Source of the DNA: a virus
Taxonomy: Duplodnaviria; Caudoviricetes
Strand: one strand, 5' to 3'
Length of the DNA stretch: 30,414 nucleotides
IMG/VR virus record: IMGVR_UViG_3300043772_001631
Span: 1 to 30,414 of that record
Shown: positions 1-9,683 of the stretch, in pieces
Position numbering within the stretch: position 1 is the first letter of the stretch
Layout: the number at the start of each line of letters is the position of its first letter
Translations under genes and position numbers: made by a program
Notes under the pieces: model-generated
Told to the model about the DNA's origin: nothing
Database searches by the model: none
Seen by the model: only the letters and a program-made list of their open reading frames with translations

Positions 1-1
1 A

Positions 2-3000
2 ATAATTGGTTGATGTAGTAGTTGCACCAGTAGCACAATTGTATAATAAATACCAAACTTGTGGTAAAGTAGTTGTAGTTGTGGTCGTAGTTGTCGTACA
101 AGAATTGCCAGCTGCCTTTACCAATGATCTTGTGCCAGAATAAACGTAAACATATCTAGTTCCAGAAGTTTGTCCAGTAAAAGTTCTAGAACTTCCAGTT
201 CCTCCAACCAAAGTTGTTGCTCCGTTAATAGCTGAAACAGCGTCAACATAAGTAATCGTATTTGCGTAATAATTAGTATTATCTCCTCCAGCAAATGTGT
301 CAATTGTTATTGATTGAGTAACCCCCGTACAAACTGCACTCATGTTAAAAGTTACAGGAGGCTGAGTCGTAGTAGTCGTTGTAGGGCAATCTGTTACCGC
401 AAATGATTTAGCTATTTTGTTATTTGTATCATTTTTATCTCTTAATGCTACAAAGTATGTACCAACGGATAAACCAGAAAATGTTCTTATAGAACTTACA
501 TCAGTATAAATACCATTTAATGCTAAATTTTCTGTTGAATATGTATTGTTAGATGCTTGATATACTCCAGATCCTCCACTAAAACCTGTCATTGTTCCAG
601 CTCCATTATCACCACCTATGTCAGTACATCCACCAGAAACTCCGAAATTAACTGGAGCTAATGTAGTAGTAGTTGTGGTGCTAGTAGTTGTAGTTGTAAT
701 TGCGCAATTAATAGCAGTATTTTTGGTTGTGGAATTAAAAGAGCCAGTTCCATTATTGTCAATTACTTGAACAGAGAAGATATCACTACCTCCCGTTGTA
801 TTTCTTAATCCACTTGTGCCATCGTAAGGGTTTGTATCACTTGTTAATGTTAAAGTTTGCGTTGTACCCATAGACCTATAAGAACTATAAATAAACCCAT
901 ACCCTGCTCTTAATTGATAACCAGTTCCACTACCTCCAGTCCATGTAGCTACTACTTTTCCTTTATTTGTACCTACATTATCACATAATACTTCTAAATT
1001 AAGTACTATTGGAGGTAAAGTGGTTGTTGTAGTACTTGTGGAAGGACATAAAGTTCCTGCAAAAGCTTGTATAAAATAATTAGGCGCACCCGGATTAGTT
1101 GCTGATATATTTGAAATATAATAATACCTTCCAGTGATAGGACTAAATACTGTTTGATTCAAAGTAAATGTACCCTGAACATAATTAGTACTTGTAACTA
1201 TACTTCCATTAGAGCAGTCATAAATATAATACCATTCTTGAGCAAGCGTTGTTGTTGTTGTTGTTGTTGTTGTTGGACTTATTGTAGTAGTTGTTGTTGG
1301 GGCAGCAGTCGTTGTTGTTGTAGTAGATGTTGTTGTGGTTGTAGTAGATGTTGTTGTTGTAGTAGTAATATATCTATTAATTTCCTCTAATGCAAGAATA
1401 TATTTATTTGTATAAGCATCAAAAACACCATAAATACACGGGTTACCTGTGTAAACACCATTGCTTGGAATTCCATTGTTTAATTCTTGTCTATATGCAG
1501 CTAACTTGTCTACAAAAAAAGCATTAGTTAGATTAGTTATACTAATTGGCGTAATACCATCTTGGCTTAATCTACAAACAACTCCTCTATAGTTGTCAAC
1601 AAAGTAGTCTGCAAAGTTATTCCATGCAAGGCTTGTTGATGCATCCCCTATGCCATAATCTCCAGAATAATACTGTATTTTGTTAATTAATTGATCTGTA
1701 TTTGCTTGTAATGGGTTGTTGGCACTATCTTTAACTATTTGCGTTAAAATAGGAACATTTCCCACTTTGAATTTTTGATACACTTTTAAGTATCTATCTC
1801 TCACATGAAGCCTCATTACATCACCAAAGCTTCTATCGTATTCGTCAAAATTTTCGTACTTAAAATTGTTTATTTGGTTGATGTTTGTATTTACTTGATA
1901 AGCACCTCCAAATCTAATTAAAGTAGGGAAATATGTTTGTTTTGCATTTTCATCTACTACCGAAGGCCTTCCATTACTATTTGTAACTAAATTATAGTTA
2001 TCACTAAAGCTTGACTCTATTATTTCAATTATATTGTCTTTTACTATATCGAATTCAAAATCAAATGGTTGTAAAACTAAATTATTAATACCAGTACTTG
2101 TTATAGTCGCAACTATCCAAACTTTACCAGTTGGTGGAACGCTAAATCTTTTATTAATTTCATAAGTAGCAGCTGTATTAGCAAGTAAAGAATTTACTTC
2201 TAATGGAAGTAATGAAATAGTAAATTTAGGCGCAAGAGGTATTAAATTAGTGCAAATTATAGCGTAAACAGAAAAACTTGAGTTACCATTAGACGTAACT
2301 TGCAAAGACCCCTTAATAGATAATACCTTTTCAGCACTAGCAGATTTATTATAAAAGAAAAATCCTGTACTAGACCATATTGGGAAACTTGTCCCAGATA
2401 AAGCAGCAACAGCATTAGGCTGTGTTTGTATAGTATATGAAGTGTTATCTATTGTAGGCGTAACTGTTATAGGAAAAGTTTCGCTTGTTTGCGAAGTTGT
2501 AGGAATTTGAAATGTAGTCGATGTATAATTAAAATTATCGCTATATGGTACATTTCTTAGTCTATAAAATAAATCGCCATTTGTTACAGGAACAACCGCG
2601 CCACCATTTGCTAATTGAGTAACACCAAAATGGTATCTATCAGCTGTGCCGGGTTTACCAATTCCATAACCTTGACCAAATTCATAAAAAAATCTTTGCG
2701 TTGAAGAAGAATTACTTGTATAATTATACAATAATATTTCATAATGCTGAAAATCAGCAGTTCCCGGAAAATTGAAGTCAACGCCTATATCCGCTAAAGG
2801 ATATCTTATTTTTAAAAAGTTTCCATTAGCCGTATATGTATTATTATCAGGCGCTAGGGGTACTGGATATGAAATGTTATATTCAAATGTTGATACAGTA
2901 CCAACTATTTCATAATCATATTGAGCTGGTAAACTAACTGAATTATTGTTTACATCGTATCTTCTTATGAATTTAATTCTATCCCCTTCGGTATAGTTAT

Positions 3001-4813
3001 AAGAAACAACATTTTGTGTTGAACTTATAGATTCATTATAAACAGAAATATTGCCAATACCTATATAAATAAATCTAGTATTGTCAATTGCTGAAGTTAT
3101 CCCAGAGTATGCTGATGCGCTTATCCATCCAAGCCTCTTATTATATGTAGTATTATTTGATCTTAAAACTTGATAATAAGATGCATATAATGGAGGTCTA
3201 TTTAGTATTGACAAATATATTGTTGGGAAATTAGAAGTAAGAACTCTTGATGGCGTATTTATTGTACCACCAGCAGCTGTCTGTGCGCCAATTGTTCTTC
3301 CTTGAGCATCAAAATATTGAACTGCATATTGATAACCTGCATCCCAAACACTAGCAAATCTTGTATTATCGTTATCCAATACTGGGAATGTTTTAAATCC
3401 AGTAGATGTTAAAACAAAACCAGACGAAAGACTCATTACAAGTTTATTACCAACCAAAGATGTCTGCGTAAATCCTTTTAAAACCATTGCAGCAGAAAGG
3501 CCACTTAATATGCTATTAACGGTATATGAAGTTGTTAATCCAGAAGTTGAATAAGATGTACTTAAATCAGTTCCATTAGTAGCAAATATATTTACATAAT
3601 ATCCACCTGCTGCGTTGTTAAGCGTAGTAACTGTTCCGTTACCTCCATTAGTACCAGTTCCATATAAATAAAAAGTAATAGATGTCCCAGCACCATTGTC
3701 TGTTCCGTTTACACTAGCAAAAAACAATAACCCACATTGATCGTAATAATAAGCAGTTTCATTGGTATATTGAGCTATTGATAAATCCATAGTGGTTTTA
3801 TTATAGCTTTCAGTAATACCAGAATATAATAAAACATTACCATTTGCTAGTTCAGCGGCATTTGCTTTAAGCGGAACATAGTCTTGCAATTGATCTGCTT
3901 CTAAAACATCTATTTGTGTGTAAATAGCATCGTTATAGAATTTAAAATCATAAACTATATTATCGCTAATTGAAAGCGCTTGCTTATCAAATGATTTAAT
4001 TAAATACCAATCGCTAGTTACACCATTAGTGGTTTCTCTAAATGACAATTCAATAGCCCTTACATCTATGCCTCCAGTCGAAAACAATACAGCTATTCTG
4101 GCATTATTTGTAGCAGTGTTATCTGTAAAACTTAAAGATGGCTGCTGAGGTAAAGGAACTATGCTTTTTGAACTCCATACAGATTTTTCGTTATTGTCAT
4201 AAACATATCTATAACAAAATTGAAATAATTTATTTCTTAAATTATTAATTGTAATAGTAGTATCATTTTCATAAACTACCTTAGGCGTCATTACTGGAGG
4301 AGCTTTAGCTATTAGTAAATACTCTAATTTCCAAGAAGTGCCGTAGTTTGCGGATACATTTATTACCTTTGGGGGATTTAATCCATCATTAAAAAATAAC
4401 AAATCCCCTTCATCATCTCTATAAAAAATATTAACAGATAATACCTTGTAAGAAGGATTAAAAGATAAAATATCTATACCATCACTATCTGTCTTACTTA
4501 TTAATACCTTTGTAATTACATTAGTATCTCCGTTATAATATAATATTGTATTAAATCCATTACTGTTCCATATAAAATAATACGCTCTATTTCTAATCTT
4601 ATCCGCATAAAAACCAATCGCTTTGTTTGTGCCAGCTGGTAATGTGTAAGCCACATTTTCGTTTCCCAATATATTAGAAACAACCCTATCCTGACCTTGA
4701 CCTTCTGCGTCTTTTGTTATGTTAAGTGCATCGATATAATCTCCATTAGATATTCTATAGTTAGCAACATCTAAGTTCAATTTACCATTAAAAGCGTTAT
4801 TTATTATTGGCAT
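2..4813 (-). CDS. Tail stabilisation / muzzle-type protein (crAss-like, P22 gp10-related) with a poly-Thr-linked multidomain region; 3'-partial, >=1604 aa
   Basis: ATG at 4813 directly after the stop of the upstream gene (4817). It reads MPIINNAFNGKLNLDVANYRISNGDYIDALNI...VVSNILGN, a typical crAss-like stabilisation-protein N-terminus. Hand translation of the start and of ~1440 down to 2 stays in this frame and is open. Its absence from the ORF track is consistent with no stop before the window edge. Confidence 0.88.
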   Translation of the reverse strand, partial: MPIINNAFNGKLNLDVANYRISNGDYIDALNITKDAEGQGQDRVVSNILGNENVAYTLPAGTNKAIGFYADKIRNRAYYFIWNSNGFNTILYYNGDTNVITKVLISKTDSDGIDILSFNPSYKVLSVNIFYRDDEGDLLFFNDGLNPPKVINVSANYGTSWKLEYLLIAKAPPVMTPKVVYENDTTITINNLRNKLFQFCYRYVYDNNEKSVWSSKSIVPLPQQPSLSFTDNTATNNARIAVLFSTGGIDVRAIELSFRETTNGVTSDWYLIKSFDKQALSISDNIVYDFKFYNDAIYTQIDVLEADQLQDYVPLKANAAELANGNVLLYSGITESYNKTTMDLSIAQYTNETAYYYDQCGLLFFASVNGTDNGAGTSITFYLYGTGTNGGNGTVTTLNNAAGGYYVNIFATNGTDLSTSYSTSGLTTSYTVNSILSGLSAAMVLKGFTQTSLVGNKLVMSLSSGFVLTSTGFKTFPVLDNDNTRFASVWDAGYQYAVQYFDAQGRTIGAQTAAGGTINTPSRVLTSNFPTIYLSILNRPPLYASYYQVLRSNNTTYNKRLGWISASAYSGITSAIDNTRFIYIGIGNISVYNESISSTQNVVSYNYTEGDRIKFIRRYDVNNNSVSLPAQYDYEIVGTVSTFEYNISYPVPLAPDNNTYTANGNFLKIRYPLADIGVDFNFPGTADFQHYEILLYNYTSNSSSTQRFFYEFGQGYGIGKPGTADRYHFGVTQLANGGAVVPVTNGDLFYRLRNVPYSDNFNYTSTTFQIPTTSQTSETFPITVTPTIDNTSYTIQTQPNAVAALSGTSFPIWSSTGFFFYNKSASAEKVLSIKGSLQVTSNGNSSFSVYAIICTNLIPLAPKFTISLLPLEVNSLLANTAATYEINKRFSVPPTGKVWIVATITSTGINNLVLQPFDFEFDIVKDNIIEIIESSFSDNYNLVTNSNGRPSVVDENAKQTYFPTLIRFGGAYQVNTNINQINNFKYENFDEYDRSFGDVMRLHVRDRYLKVYQKFKVGNVPILTQIVKDSANNPLQANTDQLINKIQYYSGDYGIGDASTSLAWNNFADYFVDNYRGVVCRLSQDGITPISITNLTNAFFVDKLAAYRQELNNGIPSNGVYTGNPCIYGVFDAYTNKYILALEEINRYITTTTTTSTTTTTTSTTTTTTAAPTTTTTISPTTTTTTTTTLAQEWYYIYDCSNGSIVTSTNYVQGTFTLNQTVFSPITGRYYYISNISATNPGAPNYFIQAFAGTLCPSTSTTTTTLPPIVLNLEVLCDNVGTNKGKVVATWTGGSGTGYQLRAGYGFIYSSYRSMGTTQTLTLTSDTNPYDGTSGLRNTTGGSDIFSVQVIDNNGTGSFNSTTKNTAINCAITTTTTSTTTTTTLAPVNFGVSGGCTDIGGDNGAGTMTGFSGGSGVYQASNNTYSTENLALNGIYTDVSSIRTFSGLSVGTYFVALRDKNDTNNKIAKSFAVTDCPTTTTTTQPPVTFNMSAVCTGVTQSITIDTFAGGDNTNYYANTITYVDAVSAINGATTLVGGTGSSRTFTGQTSGTRYVYVYSGTRSLVKAAGNSCTTTTTTTTTTLPQVWYLLYNCATGATTTSTNY
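68..1366 (-). repeat. Five poly-Thr coding tracts (about 1247-1366, 1019-1042, 662-697, 365-382, 68-97)
   Basis: (TGT/AGT/GGT/CGT)n on + equals ACN codons on -. The longest tract is TTTTTTSTTTTTTSTTTTTTAAPTTTTTISPTTTTTTTTT (32 Thr in 40 aa) and includes a pure (TGT)8 run at 1250-1273. Confidence 0.95.
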
Positions 4814-4816
4814 TTT

Positions 4817-5590
4817 TTATCCTTTAACTGTCAATCTTTGATTCATTAAATTCCATTCGTAAGCTTCATTCAAATATAATGGTTTAAATTGAGCATTAGC
4901 GATTCTTCTTTGATTATAAAATTCACTTTTTCTATCTCTTTTATCACCAAGATTACCCTTTCTTGTAGAAGGCATATTTGCAATATCTCTCCAAGCAAGC
5001 CAAGCAATCATTGCTTCTCTAAAATGAATAGGTATCATGTATTTTTCATCAGGATTTGGAGAAGCTAAATATTCAATCATTAAATAATCGTAATAAAAGT
5101 TTTCATTTAATAAAACTACTCCGTTAGAATCGTCAATTTTAAATGAACCTACAAATGGAGAACCACTAGGGTAACCATATACATTTGTAAATCCATATCC
5201 ATCCCAGTAATTATAAAATAAAGGATAATTTTGATTATACCAATCCACCAGTGTATTATCTTGCGTTAAAGCAAGTCTATCAGGCTGCTGGTCGGCATAA
5301 AAAGTTAATTTGTTGTTGTAAATTAATGGGATAATCTCTCCTTGTGAATTTAAAACACCAACTTTAGTATAGCTAACATAATCATTAGGAAGTATTACGG
5401 TATAATTAGTAGTATCTACCGGCAATTTTACAGTTCTAATTTTATAGAAAAAGTCTAAACCCATCTTCTCCATACCTCTATAAGCTATGTTGTATAACTT
5501 AGCATATTTGTGTACGGATTGTTCACTTTCGTCAATATAATCATTTATTACAGACTCTAGGGTTATATAATTTCTTTCTTGCGATGCCAT
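4817..5590 (-). CDS. Putative tail ring / tubular structural protein
   Basis: 257 aa directly upstream of the stabilisation protein. The LPNDYVSYTKVG motif resembles crAss-like tail ring proteins. Confidence 0.65.
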   Translation of the reverse strand: MASQERNYITLESVINDYIDESEQSVHKYAKLYNIAYRGMEKMGLDFFYKIRTVKLPVDTTNYTVILPNDYVSYTKVGVLNSQGEIIPLIYNNKLTFYADQQPDRLALTQDNTLVDWYNQNYPLFYNYWDGYGFTNVYGYPSGSPFVGSFKIDDSNGVVLLNENFYYDYLMIEYLASPNPDEKYMIPIHFREAMIAWLAWRDIANMPSTRKGNLGDKRDRKSEFYNQRRIANAQFKPLYLNEAYEWNLMNQRLTVKG

Positions 5591-5596
5591 TTTTTA

Positions 5597-5866
5597 TTAA
5601 TTTAAAACGTAAGATAAAATATCATTTTGACGAATCAAATAATGAGCTTCGCCATTGATAATAACTTCTTCGCCTGCGTCTTTGATATGAATAACCGTAT
5701 CTCCAACCTTTGCTTCCATTTCGATTTTACTTGTTCCATTACCAACCTCAACCACGAACGCCCTGTTGTTTCTTGCTTGAACACTTGTAGGAATAAACAA
5801 ACCTCCCTCTGTTACATTATCTGGCGCACATGGCTTAACTAAAACTAAATCTCTTAATGGTTTCAT
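5597..5866 (-). CDS. groES: Co-chaperonin GroES (Cpn10)
   Basis: MKPLRDLVLVKP...TEGGLFIP...VVEVGNG...KVGDTV...GEEVIINGEAHYLIRQNDIL follows the canonical Cpn10 pattern. Confidence 0.93.
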   Translation of the reverse strand: MKPLRDLVLVKPCAPDNVTEGGLFIPTSVQARNNRAFVVEVGNGTSKIEMEAKVGDTVIHIKDAGEEVIINGEAHYLIRQNDILSYVLN

Positions 5867-5877
5867 ATTTTATTTTT

Positions 5878-6510
5878 TTAATGGTCGTTCCCGTCATTTG
5901 ATGTATCAAGTGGTCTGCTTTCTTCAAAAGCTAATTGACCTTTGATATATTCAATAATAAACGGCATATAATCGTCTGGTATAAGTAAAATAGAATTTAA
6001 ATCAGAAGAATCACCTCCACTAATCATTCTAACAGATGCGGTATATTTATTAAGCAATATTGAAGTTTTTGCATAAATAAAAGTACCTTCTGACCAATAA
6101 ACAATTTTATTTTGTATAGGTCTTAATTGATCTATGTATGAAACTTGATTAATGCTCAAAGGAACTGCATCATAAGAAGCCCTTCCGCTTGTATCTTTAA
6201 ATTGCACTGAAGCAACACCTTCGTTTCTACCCAACCCTAATGGTATTTGAGGTAAAGTAAATTTGTAAATCATATTTACTGGTGAGCCATCTTGAGCAAT
6301 AGTTAATCCAGAATATGTAGTGTAAAAAGAATTGTTTATGTACGCAACGCCATCCATTTGAATGCTGTCTGTATAATTCTTTTTAACCGCACCACCGATA
6401 GCATCATTTAACCATTGGTTTACAAGATTAAATGTGATATTACTATCATCAGTTGGCTGACCGCCATATATTTGTCTTAATATTCTTTCTATTAATTGAT
6501 TTCTAGTCAT
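5878..6510 (-). CDS. Putative tail ring / neck structural protein
   Basis: 210 aa, translationally coupled to the upstream gene (TAATG overlap at 6510), located in the tail operon. Confidence 0.55.
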   Translation of the reverse strand: MTRNQLIERILRQIYGGQPTDDSNITFNLVNQWLNDAIGGAVKKNYTDSIQMDGVAYINNSFYTTYSGLTIAQDGSPVNMIYKFTLPQIPLGLGRNEGVASVQFKDTSGRASYDAVPLSINQVSYIDQLRPIQNKIVYWSEGTFIYAKTSILLNKYTASVRMISGGDSSDLNSILLIPDDYMPFIIEYIKGQLAFEESRPLDTSNDGNDH

Positions 6511-7178
6511 TATTGTCCCATTTGAGTTACTTGATTAGCATATTGAGCAACCATACCGTCTTTTAAGTTCACGCCTACCAATTTCAAAACTCTAGCTATT
6601 ATTTCTAATAAATCTACGTCTGACCAAACAGGCTGAGTGCTTGCGGCAGGGCTGTAAATTTCTCTGTTATTTGCATCAAGAGTATATCCCCACGTAATTG
6701 TAGGAGGATTTTTAACATAAGTTAATCTTGCGCTACCTACACTAGATGGATAAAATCTAAAACCAGTTTGTTCTATTAAATAAATAGGATTACTTGCAAT
6801 AGGATCAATCTTACTATTGTAATATGAAAATAGACTATCTTGTTTTACATATCTATATCTAGCAATACCATTAGGATGCCATAATGCATCCGTTTGAATA
6901 TAATCACTAGGATATGAAGAAAAACCGTTTGCATCCACTGTTAAAGTTTGACCATAAATCAATGGAGAAAGTCTTTGTCTAATATTTGAATTTTGATTGT
7001 AGTCTATTCTTGCTTGCGCTCTGCCGTATTGATATTGTTGAAATTCTCCTAATAGATAATCTACATAGCTTGTTTGAGCTTGATTTACAAGTAAATTAAA
7101 CTCTGAGCTTGTTAAATAACCGTTCTGTGCCTTATTTATTGCGTATTGGCAAATACGGTACATATCATTAACGTTCAT
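6510..7178 (-). CDS. Head-tail adaptor / tail tubular protein (crAss-like ring protein)
   Basis: MNVNDMYRICQYAINKAQNGYLTSSEFNLLVNQAQ N-terminus and YVKNP..ITWGY motif, characteristic of this group's first tail ring protein. Confidence 0.7.
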   Translation of the reverse strand: MNVNDMYRICQYAINKAQNGYLTSSEFNLLVNQAQTSYVDYLLGEFQQYQYGRAQARIDYNQNSNIRQRLSPLIYGQTLTVDANGFSSYPSDYIQTDALWHPNGIARYRYVKQDSLFSYYNSKIDPIASNPIYLIEQTGFRFYPSSVGSARLTYVKNPPTITWGYTLDANNREIYSPAASTQPVWSDVDLLEIIARVLKLVGVNLKDGMVAQYANQVTQMGQ

Positions 7179-7196
7179 GTATATAAGTTATATCAA

Positions 7197-7210
7197 CAAA
7201 TATACGAAAA
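7197..7210 (-). promoter_or_regulatory. Bacteroidota-type -7 promoter (TTTTCG-TATATTTG) for the tail operon
   Basis: TAnnTTTG match 19 nt upstream of the ATG at 7178, just downstream of a terminator. Confidence 0.75.
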
Positions 7211-7218
7211 ACAAAAAT

Positions 7219-7259
7219 AAAAAAGCCCGTAATTTTTTAGGTTACAGGCTCTTTTTTTT
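7219..7259 (-). terminator. Intrinsic terminator ending the head operon (possibly bidirectional)
   Basis: Minus strand AGCCTGTAA-CCTAAAAAA-TTACGGGCT then TTTTT, with A/T runs on both sides. Confidence 0.8.
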
Positions 7260-7270
7260 GATTGTATGAA

Positions 7271-8158
7271 CTATTGCAACTTCTTTAATTGATTCAAGAA
7301 AGTAACACTTTCGTCATTAGGCAACATTGCATATTCAACTAAGTATGTTTGAGCTTGTTGAGCAGAAGGTATTTTACAAATAAACCCTCCATCATTAGCC
7401 CAGTAAGCTGATCCGACTTTTACGCCTAAATCAATTTTACCATCAATAATAGCCTTTTTAACAATATATGCCACTTCTACCTCTTTACTACCAGCACTTT
7501 GCATGAACTTAGTAGGTTGAGCCTCAGCATAGAATTCATAGTCATTTCTAAGACCTTCCATAGTTTTAGGCATGCTTAATTCATCAAATAATGGTATTCC
7601 AAGATAAATTGCGTGTTTTTTCATATCCTCATCAGACTGCACTGAAGCAAATTTAATTGCCTCAATTCTAGCTACGCGCTTAGCACGCTCTAATTCAGCT
7701 TGTCTAATTGGATTCCATTCAAAAAAAGTTAATTTTTTAGTACCTCTTTTGTTTGTATTATCTACATTAGCATTGCTCTTTTCTAAGAATTCAATAGCTG
7801 CTGTATCATAATCTGGCACCCTTAAAACCCTTCTATCAAATGTTAATGTGCGTCTGTTTGAAACAATGTACTTTTCGTCAATACCTTTTTGTTGATCTAA
7901 ATAAATAGTATCAACCCCTCTTAAAAGCCTGATTCTCACCATCTTTTTCTTTTCGGGGTCCCAAATGTCGTCAATACCTTCCATGTGGTATTTGCCATTC
8001 TTTGTGGTATCTGATAATTTAAAAACTCTAAAAGTTTGTCCAGAAGCAACATCTGGAGCAAGATTAATTGCATTTGCAGATTCTTCTTCTTGACGAATTC
8101 TTCTGTTTGTATCCTCTACTCCACTTTGAGAGTAGTTTACATCCTTTAACTTAGCCAT
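7271..8158 (-). CDS. Putative virion protein downstream of the major capsid gene (about 295 aa)
   Basis: ORF track 7271-8194. The more likely start is ATG 8158 (MAKLKDV), because the track's TTG start lies inside a hairpin. Confidence 0.6.
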   Translation of the reverse strand: MAKLKDVNYSQSGVEDTNRRIRQEEESANAINLAPDVASGQTFRVFKLSDTTKNGKYHMEGIDDIWDPEKKKMVRIRLLRGVDTIYLDQQKGIDEKYIVSNRRTLTFDRRVLRVPDYDTAAIEFLEKSNANVDNTNKRGTKKLTFFEWNPIRQAELERAKRVARIEAIKFASVQSDEDMKKHAIYLGIPLFDELSMPKTMEGLRNDYEFYAEAQPTKFMQSAGSKEVEVAYIVKKAIIDGKIDLGVKVGSAYWANDGGFICKIPSAQQAQTYLVEYAMLPNDESVTFLNQLKKLQ

Positions 8159-8177
8159 AAAATGGTTTTTAAGTGTT

Positions 8178-8214
8178 AAAATAGGTAGAGGCAATCAATA
8201 AAGTTGCCCCTACC
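8178..8214 (-). terminator. Hairpin / leaky terminator after the major capsid gene
   Basis: Minus strand GGTAGGGGCAA-loop-TTGCCTCTACC followed by TATTTT. Confidence 0.7.
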
Positions 8215-8237
8215 CGATAAAATATTCAAATAACTAA

Positions 8238-9647
8238 TTAGTTACCTTGAACGATGATGAATTGGTTTGCTGCACAAACACGAGTTGATCTATAAGTGAT
8301 CATCGCGATTTGATTAGTCATTGTACCATCTGTTGGATTTGGAGATCCACCACCATATTGCCATACTCTGATACCATTACCAACTGTACCGCCTTTTGGT
8401 GGCTCTTGATACATTACAGTAATATTCTTGTATGTAGCAGCAGTCTTGCTATCCTTTGTTTCACCCATTGGGTAAATCAAACCAAAATTACGGAAGTAAT
8501 CATCTTGAGGAGTTAAACCAGTAGTTACTTCAGAGTTGAATTGAGAATACTTCTTAACAGATAATAAATATCCATCGATGAAGATTTCTTGGAATCCATA
8601 AGCTACAGAAGCTTCTTTTGATTTTTCGCCTTGACCATAAACGAAAGCACCAGCTGGGTATGCAGCGAAGATGCCATCACTGAAGTCTTGTCTTTGGAAG
8701 ATGTCAGTTAACCAAGCAGATTGCTTAGCACAACCATTAACGTCCATGATACGAGTAATCTCGTGTAATTTAGCGATATCCAAAGTACCCGGAGTATAAC
8801 CTACAGTTTCGCCATCAGCTACCACTTTAGGAATGATACCTTGTGCGCCCGGAGAGTTAGATAAACCGGTGTTGTTTTGAATGTTACCACGCATTAATTT
8901 TGCTTCTACGTTGTTTTTGAAACGAACAAGAGTCTTATACATACCCTTATAAGTAAACGCAGTTACACCGTTTGCAGCCATGTCAGCTGAAACTGGGAAT
9001 TCGTAGTAAGTATCAGCCATTTGAGCCAAGTCAGTATTGCTCCAACCATCTCTGATTTCAGTGATGTTGTTGTCATACTTCTGATCCAAATGGATTAAAG
9101 GATTGATTGCTTGAGAAGCTTCACCAGCATCCACATCACCACCAAATAATAAAACCTCACCAGCTAACAAAGAGTTAGAACCAGCAGAAGAAAATCTTTG
9201 AGTAGATTGTTTAGGACGAACAGTGAAAGTCCATGCGTATGGAGTTGTGCTATCAATTGTTAAGATAACACCTTCAACGTTAGAAGAAGCAATACGTAAT
9301 GTTTCATTAACTCTTAAAGGAGTTTCAGTACCATTGTTGTAATAAGCTTCAGAGCCTAAAGTTAAAGTTACAGTACCACCAACAGTTGCAGCAACTGTGC
9401 TAGCATTAGATACAGCAGGCATTAATTTACCTCTGTTTTCAAACCAGAAGAAGTTTTGGTTTTTAACTTCTTCCATGCCGCTATGAGCAGCTAACCACCA
9501 AGTAAAATCTTCGTTACCATACTTTTCAGTATATTTCTTGTAGTACTGTGGTGTTAATAATTGTAAATCTACCATCAACTGGCGATTCTGGGTTTGCAAC
9601 GATATTGCACCGGGTTGCAAAATATTAGATGTAGGTATCCCTGCCAT
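8238..9647 (-). CDS. Major capsid protein (HK97 fold, crAss-like / Cellulophaga podovirus type)
   Basis: 469 aa after the scaffold gene, with highly expressed-type codon bias. Motifs QYYKKYTEKYGN...FFWFENRG and C-terminal YRSTRVCAANQF; followed by a hairpin. Confidence 0.85.
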   Translation of the reverse strand: MAGIPTSNILQPGAISLQTQNRQLMVDLQLLTPQYYKKYTEKYGNEDFTWWLAAHSGMEEVKNQNFFWFENRGKLMPAVSNASTVAATVGGTVTLTLGSEAYYNNGTETPLRVNETLRIASSNVEGVILTIDSTTPYAWTFTVRPKQSTQRFSSAGSNSLLAGEVLLFGGDVDAGEASQAINPLIHLDQKYDNNITEIRDGWSNTDLAQMADTYYEFPVSADMAANGVTAFTYKGMYKTLVRFKNNVEAKLMRGNIQNNTGLSNSPGAQGIIPKVVADGETVGYTPGTLDIAKLHEITRIMDVNGCAKQSAWLTDIFQRQDFSDGIFAAYPAGAFVYGQGEKSKEASVAYGFQEIFIDGYLLSVKKYSQFNSEVTTGLTPQDDYFRNFGLIYPMGETKDSKTAATYKNITVMYQEPPKGGTVGNGIRVWQYGGGSPNPTDGTMTNQIAMITYRSTRVCAANQFIIVQGN

Positions 9648-9683
9648 TTTATATTAATTTAATTTTGTTACGCTTGCCAAGCA

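Noticed and set aside
118-303. 61-aa minus-strand ORF
   Set aside because: It is out of frame inside the long tail-protein ORF.
68-1366. Repeat-spacer-like pattern (CRISPR or DGR)
   Set aside because: The repeats are degenerate in-frame Thr codons with long coding spacers. No cas gene, reverse transcriptase or adenine-specific TR/VR pair is seen.
1154-1390. Poly-Cys ORF on the plus strand
   Set aside because: It is the antisense shadow of the poly-Thr (ACA/ACT) codons of the tail gene.
1-4816. Apparent 4.8-kb ORF-free region suggesting stop-codon recoding or non-coding DNA
   Set aside because: It is a single ORF running off the window edge. All other genes are intact in the standard code, and TAG is used as a normal stop (e.g. 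7271, 18178, 25280).
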